A DNA stretch of 64,000 nucleotides. It comes from Podarcis bocagei. Lineage: Eukaryota. Below, piece by piece: positions 40,857 to 53,191 of this stretch (position 1 is its first letter; each line of letters begins with the position of its first letter). The notes beneath the pieces were generated by a model, which saw only the letters and a program-made list of their open reading frames with translations, had not been told where the DNA came from and did not search any database. Position numbers and translations under genes: made by a program. The stretch lies in the NCBI GenBank assembly GCA_964188305.1, contig OZ076886.1; one strand, written 5' to 3'.

Positions 40857-42769
40857 TCACCCAGACTTGCACTGAGAAGTAATTCAAACTGACACCAGCC
40901 AAGCTGCAAACAAGGAACCCAGGGCTTTGCTTCTTCAGTGTCCATTGCAATTATTAATGAAGGCAGAGTGTGCTGATACAGAATGCTTGCTCCTTCACCC
41001 AACTGATGCTAAGAAGACAGGCATCTCGTTATGTAACTGTAAATGTAGGTGAACAAGCCACGGGCTGCTCATTTCTCTATTCCGTTGGCTCCATTGCAAG
41101 CACAGACATGAACAAACGCATTTGTCTACTGAGTCCAACTAGTGGGCCAGCTGCTTTTCTGCTTTCTTCTTGCCTGGGCCTTGATCTTGCCCAATGCTTT
41201 TCAGCCTGTGGGTACATTTGCAAACCGGAAAAACGACACATGCGCCAAGCACACACTACAACCCGTTCTATTGACCACAACAGAATGCTCCTTTCAAGCC
41301 TAGTTTCAGTGGGGTGGAGGAAAAAGGTATTGCTGGCATCTGGGCACTTCTGGGCAAAAGTTTCACAACCCCTGCCCTCTAATCTACGGAAAATGCACTT
41401 AGTGCAGCTCAGCCCCATGTTTCTTTAACTGCTTGACCGAAGCAGAGAGAAATTCCACCTTCCTCCATCAAGACCCACTCCCCTAGGCTCCTTTCCAATG
41501 ATCACCTCCATCTCATCTTGGAGCCTGTGCCACTGGAAACATAGAGGCAAACCAACCAGATTGCAGAAAAATTTAAAATTCACACTACAGCAATAAACAC
41601 TCAAGGTAGAGCAATAATGCGTAACTGAATCTTTTTGTTCCAATTCTTTTATATACTCTAGCAAACTGGCAGACCAGTTTGAAGGGCATATTGAAGGTCC
41701 TCCTTCCAGTTGCCAATCACCCTCTTGTGGAGATTGCTGGTTCTACCCCTATCCCCAAAGAGCCTTTACCCTTCACTTTCCCTCTCCCAACTCCTAGCCT
41801 CACTGTATCCCCATTTCGGGGAACTGGCACCAGCCATACCTGCCTTCCCTCATTTTTAATGCTTGGTTAGACAAATGGTCCTTCATTACTCATTTTTGAA
41901 AATTCATTATTAAAATATTATTGCTCTTAATTACAGTGATAATGACCATGATTATATCCAAAGGGAGCCCTTAGGTGCTTTCAATATAAACGTGGTGTAA
42001 TTTTTCTATTAACGTGCCCTGTAATTTGTCATCTCACCATCAGAGTTATTTTTAAATACGAATGACTACAGCTCTGCTTGGGTTGTTGGAGAAAAACCAT
42101 GGCCACACATCAACAGAGAGTGCAGTCATGGCCATATGTGTTGGAGAATGGCCTTTGCCTGCAGACGCAGCATCTGGTGGGATTAGGGGATGATCCTACA
42201 CTTCTGAGAAAGCTACACATAGTATTTTGCAGCCTTCTCCAAACTGGTGCCCTCCTAGTATTTTGAAGCACAAATTCCATCATCCTTCACCATTGCCAAT
42301 GCTGACTGAGGCTGCTGATGGGAGTTGTAGTTCTGTATCTGGAGAACATCAGATTGGGCCTTTTGCATCAACCATGTCTCCTCTTCTATGCCTATAGGAT
42401 GAGCGCCTCCCAGACGTGGCAGCAGATCCCATGTTTGAAGGTTCCAAGTTCTAAGAGCCTCAGCATCTCCTGACAGCCTTACACCAAATGATTGTGCATC
42501 TGAAGCCATGCCAAGATTCTAATATATACAAAGAGAACACCTGCTTAGCAATGGTTGCTTTGTATCAGCAATCTTCTGGGGCGGCCATAGCTCAGTGGAA
42601 GCACATGCTTTGCATGCAGAATCCTACCTAGATTCTACCTCTAGTACCTCCAAGTCCACTAAGAAAGACCTCTCTCTCAGACCTAGCCAAGAACAGATAC
42701 CATACTGGGCTAGGTGAGTCAACTGCCTGGCTCCGTATAAGGCAATTGAGAATCATTGAACCCATAGAG

Positions 42770-43255
42770 CAGTGTTTCCCAACCTTTTTTGGGCAAAGGC
42801 ACACTTGTTTGATGAAAAAAATCTCGAGGCACACCACCATTACAGCCCCGTGACGTCAGCACGCAGCGTCACGCCGGGAGGGACGCACGAAAGTGTAAGT
42901 TTCAATTTTTTCCCCTCCCCCTTGCCGGGGAACCTCCAAGCTTTGGGGGTGGGGGGGGAGGAGGCAGCAAAGCGAGGCAGGAAGGAGAGCGCGGCTTGGC
43001 TGGGTGAGCTTTGGCAGGGGCAGGGAATGAGAGCCGCGAGGCGGGCGCTGCGGACAGAGGCGCTGCTCGCCGAGCTCGCAGGCAGCTAGGCAGGCAGACG
43101 GCGAGAGCCCCGCGCTGGGCGGCCTCTCCTCGCCGCCGCCGCCCCGCCTCTCGCCGCCCGACTCACCCGCCTCCCTCCAGGCAACATCTCGCGGCACACC
43201 AGGCAACATCTCGCGGCACACTAGTGTGCCGCGGAACAGTGGTTGGGAAACACTG
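42770..43255. mobile_element. Non-autonomous hAT (Charlie/Buster-type) element, 486 bp, CpG-rich interior
   Basis: 15-bp TIR CAGTGTTTCCCAACC / GGTTGGGAAACACTG. Perfect 8-bp TSD CCATAGAG (42762-42769 and 43256-43263). Confidence 0.95.
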
Positions 43256-45626
43256 CCATAGAGATCAAATGAACTGTGAGGCAGTTGGAGTCATGCTGTG
43301 ACCAAATCCACACGGCTGTCTATCATATGGTTGGATAGGAAGAAAACTACAGTGGCTTGTGCTGATGTAACTGAAGAGTGCCTCTTGAGTTACATTGCCA
43401 CACATCCTGCCCCGAGTCTCCTCTGGCTCACAGGATTTGGACAGGGGCTACTGAGCTGCTGATCAAAAGCACAAGCTGTCAACAGGAGGACCTGAGACTG
43501 AGGTTTTGGTGGTTGGATTCCAGCCACAAAAGGTTCGCTCACTGCAAACACACACCCAATACATTATAGAAAGAACAAGAGAAAAAGACAAAATGTTCCC
43601 GCAACCCTTTCAAGACCTTAACAGTGCTCATCCCCTCAAGATTTCACCACAGAATTGCTGGGTCAGCTGCTTCATATTAAGGCATGTGTGTGTGTGTGTG
43701 TGTGTGTGTGTTAATCCAGACAACTAACAGAACATCCACCCCCCCCCGCTCCATCACTGCACAGTGTAGTACAACTCTAGAGCTGATCATCTCACATCTT
43801 ATGGAAGCAGAGAGTGCAGGGAGAAAGAAAACCTATCACATTGATTTATATCCCACTCTTTCCGCAATGAACTCGCAGCAGTGTAAATATTCTTCCCTCA
43901 GTGATCAGGTTGAGGTAGTGACTGGGTCAAGGTCACCCAGCCAGGCTCATGGCTAAAGTGTGGATTTAAACATGGGTCTCTCCATAATGATATTAGAAGA
44001 GCCCCTCTGGAGTCTGCTAAAGACCCATCTAATTCGCAATCTTGGTTCCCAAAATTTAAGAAATGAGCACAATAGCACTCTCCTCTTCCAGATCCCCAGC
44101 ATCTAGGATTCAGAGACATACTGTCTCTCATAATGGGTATAGCACATAGCCATTGTGACTCATAGCCATCCCCCCCCCTAGAGTTTAGATCAACACTTTA
44201 ACCATTGCACCACAATGACCTTGTGATCTAGAGTCAGGCAACCTTTGATGCAAGGCTGCCAGCACAACACAGAACTGGGGAGGAGCTCCATAGGCCCTGC
44301 CACCTAATCTGGGCAGGCTGCAGAGTTTGTTTGGTATTGAAATCACATCCCTTTGCTGCAAATCAGATCAAATGACTGAAGCCGGAGTTTAAAATTGTCT
44401 TTCATCAGCCCAAGCTAGAGGAGAAAGGCCTGTCAAATTATAACATTTCTATATCACACCCAGGTGCTCAGGTATTAAAATAGGCAGAGATAAGGACATT
44501 AAAAATAGCGGCAGCAACTACTGTGAGAAAATCCTCAGATGACGGTGAAACAAACAAACAAACAAAAGGACATGGAGGGCGACTTCAGGCTGGTACCAAT
44601 TGCAGCACCGCTCCTGGAAGCCCTGTCTGACTATGGGTTTCTGAGGGATAATTCAAAGAACCAAATTGGCACAACAAGAGAGTAGTTGAGCTTCCATTGG
44701 AAATTGGTGGGCCGCTCTTACAATCCGATTAAGCAATTCTCCGACTGCTTTATTACACATGCAGCTCATGAATCTAACCCATGTTTGTTGTTGCCAAGAG
44801 TGGGTGGATGGATACTACAACCACCGTGGGGTGTGTGTGATTGGAGTATTCAGCAAAGACATTGCCTACTTCCTTCGCCACATGCCCAGCTCCGCCTGGA
44901 TCCAGTGACTTCTGGACCCATATTTCTCCGCTTGCCAAGTGATAATGGGAACTGGCCCTCAACTAACAGCTGACAGTACATTTTCAAATATTTTCAGCAA
45001 GACTTCCAAACTTATTCTTGCAGACACTGCTCAGACATGTTTGCAAATAGAATTGGCATAAATGTATACCCTGGGGATGTGGCGTGGGCAGAGCTCCTAT
45101 CCTGAATCCTAATGCTAAAACGCAGAATCTGAAGTTAGGCAAGGATACCAGGCACACTGCAGATTTTTCAGTCTTGACTCATTCCATCGAGGGTTAAGGA
45201 TGATGCTTGTCATTTATGCAGCCTCAACTCTCTTGTTTTTTTAAATCTAGCAAATTTGAAGAAACTGCCCGCAGGCACTACCTGCTGCTAACATATGGAG
45301 CATTTCTTTGGGTTTGGTGTGTGATATCAATTCAATTGTATCATTACCCTGTATAAATCCCAGTGGCTGATCTCAGATAAGAACCCACTAATGAAGTGCC
45401 TTGGACAAAGGGAGCATGTGAGAGGCTCAGAGATGCATGCAGGCAGCCAAACATACATTTCAAATGAAAGCCACTTCCTTGTGAAGCTATGATCCTTTCC
45501 CAACATCAGGAGATTTCCGGTCCGGTTTAAAAATTTGTCCTGGAAACCCATGTGTATGTGTTTCAGAATTTCACGGTGTTCTGTCTGCTTGGTCATGAGT
45601 ATGTCACCTGTCTATTGGCAGCAGGC

Positions 45627-45632
<6 letters not shown>

Positions 45633-45678
<46 letters not shown>
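45633..45678. repeat. (AC)n microsatellite
   Basis: Perfect run. Other (TG)n runs are at ~43685-43711 and ~61405-61449. Confidence 0.95.
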
Positions 45679-45680
<2 letters not shown>

Positions 45681-48600
45681 GAATAGCATTAATACTCCTG
45701 AGCAATGTCAGAGTGGAACTGGTTTTGCTTGCCGGATCTCCTGGCTCATCTCTGCAGCACGTTCCATTAGTAACAGTGTGCCAGACTACTTGCTCTGAGA
45801 GTCCCTGCCTGCCACATCATACGATCCAGTAACCAATCCTCTCCTCCTTCCTGCCCAACTACATTCTGCAGGCACAAACAGAAAAATTGAGTTTAATACA
45901 ACTGAGCACATCAAGGCCACCCAGAATGTTGTACAGTACAAGAAACACAGCAAGTACCCAACTTGTGGTGACCAGGTCTTCCTGCCCTCTTGGCTCTCTG
46001 GAAGGGAGAAAGGGTCAGAGAAATGTACCCAGAAGAAGTCACGCAGCAGCCCATTTCCCTGCTCAGTACATTTTGCTGTCTGAAGTGGATCCAAAATGAT
46101 GGCTTCCAGTGATTGCAGCAGAGCACAAATGCACCTCTGCCCCACTAGGTCCAAGACTTTTAAAGGTCTTGCTTCAGACTCCTTTCCTGACTTCTTCTAT
46201 TTTCAACTCCTCTCCTAGTGCTACTTAAAGCACATAGGTTCAGCCTACTGCATGGCTGGCCCAGCCTCGATATAGCAAATGTTTTCTCCCCATGATCAAT
46301 TTTCTCTTCTGAATACTTCAGCCTGCATCTAATAGACTGGCTCCACGATTAGGCAACACCTTCTACTTACCAGGCAGCAGGAACCATTGATTCAAAATTA
46401 CACTGTAAACAGAGACTTCATCAGCATGGGCACATTGTCTCTGCTCCAGTGCACCGGAAAGGAATTACAGTCACATCTCACAAAGATAAGTGATCTGCAA
46501 TGGGATTATTGATAATTCGAAACAGTAGTTCCTTTCACGCTTATATGTCAATGTTGTCATTTAAAAGCACAGCAGAGACAGCAAGAGGAGAGAGGAATTC
46601 GGCTAGAGGCTTCTAAATCAAAATATGAAACCAGAAGAGCTGCAATTGATGGGGACATCCCTTAGATCTGAAAAGAAAAAGGGGCAAGCCGCAAGATGCA
46701 TGGCCACCATTTGATGAGTGTAGTATCAAGGCATGATCTGCATGCACAAATGAGCTATCACAGAGGGTTAGCAGCTGTATGCAGAAGGCCCCACGTTCAA
46801 ATCTTTCTACATTCAGTTCAAATCACTACCAGTGCCAGTACAAGACATGGTGCTGCCTGTGGGCGATGGACCATCCTCCTCCTCCTTACTCCAGCATACG
46901 GTTGCAGCAATGCAGCAGTGGCACAGTCACGCTCCAGGCAGCTGTGCCAACAATGCCTTGCAAATTGGTTGGTTGGGTAGAAGCAGCAGTGGCTATACCA
47001 ATGGGCTAGTGACAACAATGGATAGATGGCCAGTCACAGCAAATAGACAGGGAAGCAAGATCCACTACCCCAGAATAAACTGAATGTTCATTATCATCTC
47101 CTATACAGTGCTTTATGGTGGTGTCAGCACACACATTCTTCTGTGCACCATCAAGCACTAAGTGATTAAGTAATTTGCGTGCAAGTGTGTACCTTTGCAA
47201 ACCTTGAGGAGAGTGGCTGAAATATACAAGCATATTCCAGGTTTGGGACCAAAGCTCTCGCCAAAGAGGTTTGAGGTCCATCTTAAACCAGTGTTCATTT
47301 GCAGCTTCATTAATGTATAATCCCGAGCTTTTGGTCACAAAACTTTGGCATCGGTTTGGAGCGCATCCAAAATTTCAGGGTTATGCGTTAATGAAGTTGG
47401 GCTGTGGAAGCAAACACTTGTTACTGCTAAAGTGCTGGTGATTGTGACAAATAAGTTCACCATCAGAGCTCATCATGCGATTTGCAACGTGTGTAGAGCT
47501 CTGTGGGACGCAGGGCATACCTGGCTGAATGCAGAGATTTTGCATTTCAAGAATGAGCAAGGCAATTAATTGCCTCCTTAGCGTGAAGCATGTGAAATTA
47601 AGCACCCCACATTTATCTAACAGGCATGCATGAAATCAAAACAGCTTCTCGCCATCTGTTTTGCCATGTAGTCAATCAGAAGCATGGATGGATGGGGGCT
47701 GCAAATGAGAGGTTACCTTGAAGTCTATTTCCAATATTTAGCAGCATCAGAGAAGAAACTGAAATGGCTTGGGAAGCTACCATATGCATAATGTAGCTGA
47801 GAGTCAAGGTCAGTGCCTTGATAGGTTTTTGTGTTGGAAGAGACAGTACATGCATTCTACATTATAAAGCTGCTGGGTAAACGGCGAGCTTTCTTCTCAC
47901 TTGAAGATGTGTTCAAATGCCTGTTTTTCAGGATAAGCCACATTCGTTCTTGCTGCCTTTAATTTATGTTCCTTCTATCCCTCACATTCAAACAGCATAC
48001 TTGCAAGAGGTTTCCCTCACTTATCTTAAAACACACACACACGCAAGTGAAAATTGCTGATGTAATTCTAATTACACAGCACCACCAGCGTTGTTTGATA
48101 ATGTAAGAAAAACCTACAGGTACAGCAGAGATTAATATGAATAATTTATATAGCACTTATTTTTTATTGCTAAATTCATTTAAAATAATTATTGAACTTT
48201 CCTTTTCACTACAGTACTAAAACAGATAATACCATTTGAAAAACAAATTAAAATAAACCATGGCCTTTAGTGGTTGAGCAGGACTGTAGAAAATGGTACT
48301 GTGACCAGACTCTGAAATATCACGTCGGGTTATTATTGTTGTATGCTTTATGCCGGACTTTAATAGCGTTTTGAAGGAAATGGATATTATAAATGGTTTC
48401 CATATTATATTTCAATTGTGTATTGGTTGCTAAATAGTTTGCAACCTGCTTGAGGAGGCATTTATTTGCCTGAAGAGCCACAAAAGAAACAGGCATGCCT
48501 TAATCAACCCAGTCAAAATGTTGAGATGGAGTCCTTAATGCAAGTCTTTACATTAGAATACCAGGCTCACTATTTACAGTCTTTATTTCTTGGGATACGA

Positions 48601-49790
48601 AGATTACTTTGGATCAGGGCATTATCCCTCCTTTGTACCTTCCCCATATTTATTTTAGTTTCTTCTTTCAAGGCATTCAGAGCAGTATTTTAGCTTCACA
48701 ACAACCCTGTGAGGTAGTTCTGGCTGAGATACTGAATTGCACAAGTCTGCTTAGGTAGCTTTGTAGCCCAAACAAGAATTTCTTTCTCATAGAGAAAAGC
48801 TTGTTCTCCTTGTATTCTGTATTCTTAGACCCTGACAGAATTCACACCAGCCCTAAGAGGATTCCCATTAAGAGACACAGTGGGGAGGAATACAATGAAC
48901 CACTATTCTGCATTCATGTAATTGGGCCCAACACCCAATGCAGAGGACTTGGGAGACAGATGCCATAGCTAGCCTTTCAGAGCTATAGCCTGGAGGAGTC
49001 ACATTTTCCTCTTGGCATAACCTTTTTCTCTTTTAAAGCCTGTGCTAACAGGAGGATCAGAAGAGTGTGATGCTGAACTCCTCCTCATGTTCACACAACA
49101 GGAGAGGGGCAGCACATCATTACTGCAAAAGCGTTTGCAGGTGGCGTACCAGGCTAGGGATTACAATCCCTCTGGAAATTCAGCTCTAAAGCTCTAGTAG
49201 GAATTGAAATGAACCAAGTTCAATTTGCTACAGTGAAGATTAGCCGGTGTCCTCTGCAACACAATTCTAAGCACTCTCTGTCCTTTCATAGTGGCTCTAT
49301 GTTTTATGCAGCAAAACCAGCTGCTGAATGCACACTGATGTTGCCTGCAGCAAACACTTAAACAACAAATGTGCATCTTAGTTTGGGCACATACGCATTC
49401 ACACACGTCTGGGACCCCTGACTGAGCTAGGATTCCCAGGTGCATGCACATTTCTAGGCTGCTTTCTGTGGTATTTAGCTCTCAGTTGCACTGAAAGTAC
49501 AGAAAAGGAAGACACACAGTAATGCAAACTCAGAAGGGCAATGCACTTCAGGAAGAGCCAACACCTTCACCAATCAGCTGGTTCAAGCAGAGGTTGCCCT
49601 TTGCCACAACTGACCAGGGCAACAGCCCATTGCTTTTACAGTTCAAAGCTATAGCCTTGCAGAATGGAGAAAAAGGACCTGCCCCTGTGTCTCTGGCCAT
49701 GTGCATGTTGGAAGAAGTGTTGCATCGCTCAGTGGTCTGCACTGCACCTGTCAAGCCCAGGAACTTGGCTAAGGGTTAGAGGTGCTATGG

Positions 49791-49926
49791 CAGGCATAGG
49801 CAAACTCGGCCCTTCAGATGTTTTGGGACTATAACTCCTATCATCCCTAGCTAACAGGACCAGTGTTCAGGGATGATGGGAGTTGTAGTCACAAAACATC
49901 TGCAGGACTGAGTTTGCCTATGCCTG
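49791..49926. mobile_element. 136-bp palindromic hAT MITE inserted at the start of an older related MITE
   Basis: CAGGCATAGGCAAACTC ... GAGTTTGCCTATGCCTG, near-perfect hairpin. Perfect 8-bp TSD TGCTATGG (49783-49790 and 49927-49934). Confidence 0.92.
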
Positions 49927-50519
49927 TGCTATGGGAAAGCTGTGGCCTTCCAGCTGTTGTTGGACTCCCATCAGCACAGCCAAAAATCAGGGTTGCTGGG
50001 ATTTGTAGTCCAGCAGCATGTGGAAGGCCACACCTTCCCCATCCCTAGGTTAGATGAAAGGGACTCATGATGAAACAGCTGGTTGGTGAGCAGATTCCCT
50101 TGGAGGTCAAACAGACTGCCGGAACAGATTAAGTTTGACAAACAAGGTACCACTGTATATGAAAAAGTGGTTAGTGATGAGATCCAGTTCAGACAGTTTC
50201 AAGATGTTGGAGAAGTTTTCCCCAATATACTGTTACATGCCACCCCAATCTATGCCAAACAGTGCACAAAACTTCAAAAATTCCAGGTGCTCACCCAGGA
50301 GTTGGAAAATTAGGCACAATGGAGGCTATAGTGTCATTATGATACATGGCTTTATATACAAACTGGAGCCTACAATGGAGGGAGTTCACAGCACCCCAAA
50401 ATGCGCTAGCTTACTCCATAGTAACAGCATCAACATCCTTTCTCCGCAGCCTCTCGTGCTCTGCAGTGCACATCTCAGCTCAACTGCTCCTCTCTGCTTC
50501 CTGGTAACATAACTCCCCA

Positions 50520-50965
50520 CACCTTCCTTTATTACACACAGCCCAACAAGACATCAATGAGAACCCACTGACAGCACACAAATCAATGTGGATAACTTGC
50601 CCCCCCCTTGCACATGCAAACAAAACTCACTGCAGCCAACTGAAGCAACTATGCCCTGGGCCCCCAATCTCCCTCACCGCCAATGAAAACTAATAAATGA
50701 ATAGAAAGGGAACCCACCCACGTGACACTGACACAAAAACCTTGCACAGACATTATGTAAGAGAATGAAAGTTTACTAATCCCCTCCTCTTTCCCACGCT
50801 CTCCCTCCCCACCTCTCTTCTCCCCCAACCTTCTACTGACTACAACATTAAAGTCTCACATCAAATATAACTGATCTGTAGAAAGGACTTTACGATCTGT
50901 AAACAGAGATGATGTATGTACTTTTGTAACCCAAGAATATTTAATAAAACCTCCTTTAAAAAAAC
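50520..50965 (+). mobile_element. Probable LINE (L1/Tx1-like) 3' end
   Basis: A C/A-rich tract ending in AATAAA followed by a short A-run. The family assignment is from recall only. Confidence 0.4.
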
Positions 50966-51768
50966 CCTAAGTCCCTTTATCTACAGAGGAAGGGAGGATT
51001 CAATTTTTTAAATTTTTTATTTGCATTCTAACACCTATTTCCTTTGATGCTTTGAACTCATATTGGTTAATCCTCCCAGGTGGTCACCTCACAAAGAAGT
51101 TTGCCTGACTTCCTCAACACTTGTTGATTTGGCTAGGCTAGGATTACGAAGTCCAATACACAACCCAGGAAGTGTGCCTATTTAATTAGCTTTTATATGT
51201 GCTAATATTAGAGGCTTATCAGTGGGTCTATCACACACCTTACTAGCCCAAATGCACACTTGAGTCTGGCTAGTTCTTCTTCTTCTTCTTCTTCCAAGGA
51301 AATTAGCTTTGACATCCATAAATCTTAATTAAATTCTAGCATCTATAAATCTATAACAATACCTTTGCTCTCCTTGCACACACACAAAAAAGAAACAAAT
51401 GGAACACATGTTCTTCTACAGCCCAGATCTTGCATTCTGAACAGTGTGTTAAAATTTGCATGATGAAGTGCCATTTGCCCTCAACAAACATTTATTCTGA
51501 AAGCACAGCCAACCCATGGGATTTATTTACTACATGAAAATGATGCCCAGCACGAATCACTTGGTGGTGATTCTACCATGTCAAAAAATGTAATTTAGTG
51601 GAAGGTGGCCAATCCAATAGCACATCTTTCTCCTTGCTCTCCCCCATAATGTCCAGTAAACAAAAATGTGTGACATGAATCATCACACTTCAGGTTCCTT
51701 CACCCTCGCAGGCACTGAAATGCCAAATTTAGTATGTAGGCAGGATTACTTGATAGAAGTCTCTAATG

Positions 51769-53191
51769 CAGTGTTTCCCAACCTTTTTTGGGCAAAGGCA
51801 CACTTGTTTCATGAAAAAAATCTCGAGGCACACCACCATTACAGCCCCGTGACGTCAGCGCGCAGTGTCACGCCGGGAGGGACATGAATTGCTAGCAAAT
51901 TACATAATCACCTCCTTGAGGGCTGGCTCATATTCTCCGAAGGCAGAACCCCATTAATTAACAGGACAGACTCACACCATAGCCAAGACGAGGGGGAAAA
52001 ACCTCAGTCATGCACAGTCATGCACATGTGGGGGCTAAATGAGGACGAAGACCGGGCAGAGAGCAGGGTTCAAATCACCCCACCTGGCCAGGACAATCCC
52101 TGGGTGCTCCCTTGGGCCACTCGCCTGACCCACCTCGCAGGGCTGTTGTTGCGAGGATAACACGGGGAGAACCACGCGCGCCCCCGGGAGCTCCTTGGAG
52201 GAGAAAGCGGGCGATGAATGCAATGCACGAAATATATGAGAGGCGACCAGGTTTTGCAGGTGAGGGGCCCCCGCCAGCCTCCGCTTCCAACACCCGGCGC
52301 AACGATGCCGAAGTTTCCCCCCGGGCTCGGCTCGGGGAGCAGCGCTGCTCCCCCTGGCTCCCCTTCACCCTCCCGGCTCTCTCTGCCGCCCACTGGGGAC
52401 CCCCCTCACCTGCCAAGTCCGGAGCGCCGGTGGAAGTTGCATGCATGCATGCAGGGCGCCGCGTTGCCATTGCATTGCACTGCACTCCATGCAACGCCTG
52501 CACGCATGCATTGCCTTGCACGCCCGCCAAGGGGTCTCCCCGCGGTCCGATGCGTCCCCTCCGGCGCGGATGCAGCATTGCAAAAATAAACCCCCCCGAC
52601 GCAGCCCTACCTGGGGGGCAGCCTCCGCCTCCGCCGCTCCACCTCCGCGGGGATCCCCGGGCTCCATCCTGCCGCCCGATCTCCGCGGGGGCGCAGGCAG
52701 GCTGCGCGGGGTCTGCGCGGAAGAGCCCCTGCCCGCCCGGCCGCCGCCGCTGCGCTCATTCCATGGCCGGGAGAAGAGCGCTTCAAACAAAACGCCCGGC
52801 CCGCCAGGCCACGCTGGGAAACGTAGCTCGCGCACCCCGCGCGGGCGCGGAGCCCAAGGGCGAGGGGACTACGGATCCCGGCAGCCCCCGCGCCGGGGAC
52901 GGAGGGGGAGAGGCCGGGTGCAGGGATGGAGGGACGGGTGGGCGAGCGAGTGAGTGAGTGGCAGCCGCCAAGCCTTGGCCGAGAGCCAGGAAGGGCCTCC
53001 CCGGAGGAGGAGGAGGGAGGCGCAGAGCGGGAGGGAGGGAGGGAACCCCAGGGGTCATCTAGTGACGGCGCCCCAATCGAAAATTTGACTTTAAAAAAAA
53101 ATCTTTCGAATTTTTTAATTTTTCCCGCGGCACACCAGGCAACATCTCGCGGCACACTAGTGTGTCGCGGAACAGTGGTTGGGAAACACTG
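51769..53191. mobile_element. Non-autonomous hAT element of the same family as 42770-43255, 1423 bp, with a different CpG-island-like interior
   Basis: Same TIRs and perfect 8-bp TSD CTCTAATG (51761-51768 and 53192-53199). The left 115 bp and right 66 bp are near-identical to the 42770 copy. Confidence 0.95.

Noticed and set aside
45786-45866. Good-looking minus-strand acceptor (tgtgcctgcag) suggesting an extra exon
   Set aside because: All three frames reach stop codons before a convincing donor, and there is no similarity to SHISA6.
46371-46402. Possible SHISA6 micro-exon (tttacag|...CTG|gtaagt on the minus strand)
   Set aside because: It is 32 nt, not frame-preserving, and has an immediate stop in the required phase. 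Such site pairs arise by chance in long introns.
46696-47340. Cluster of short overlapping ORFs that might be a decayed retroelement or exon
   Set aside because: I could not identify any motif confidently. A translated search would be needed.
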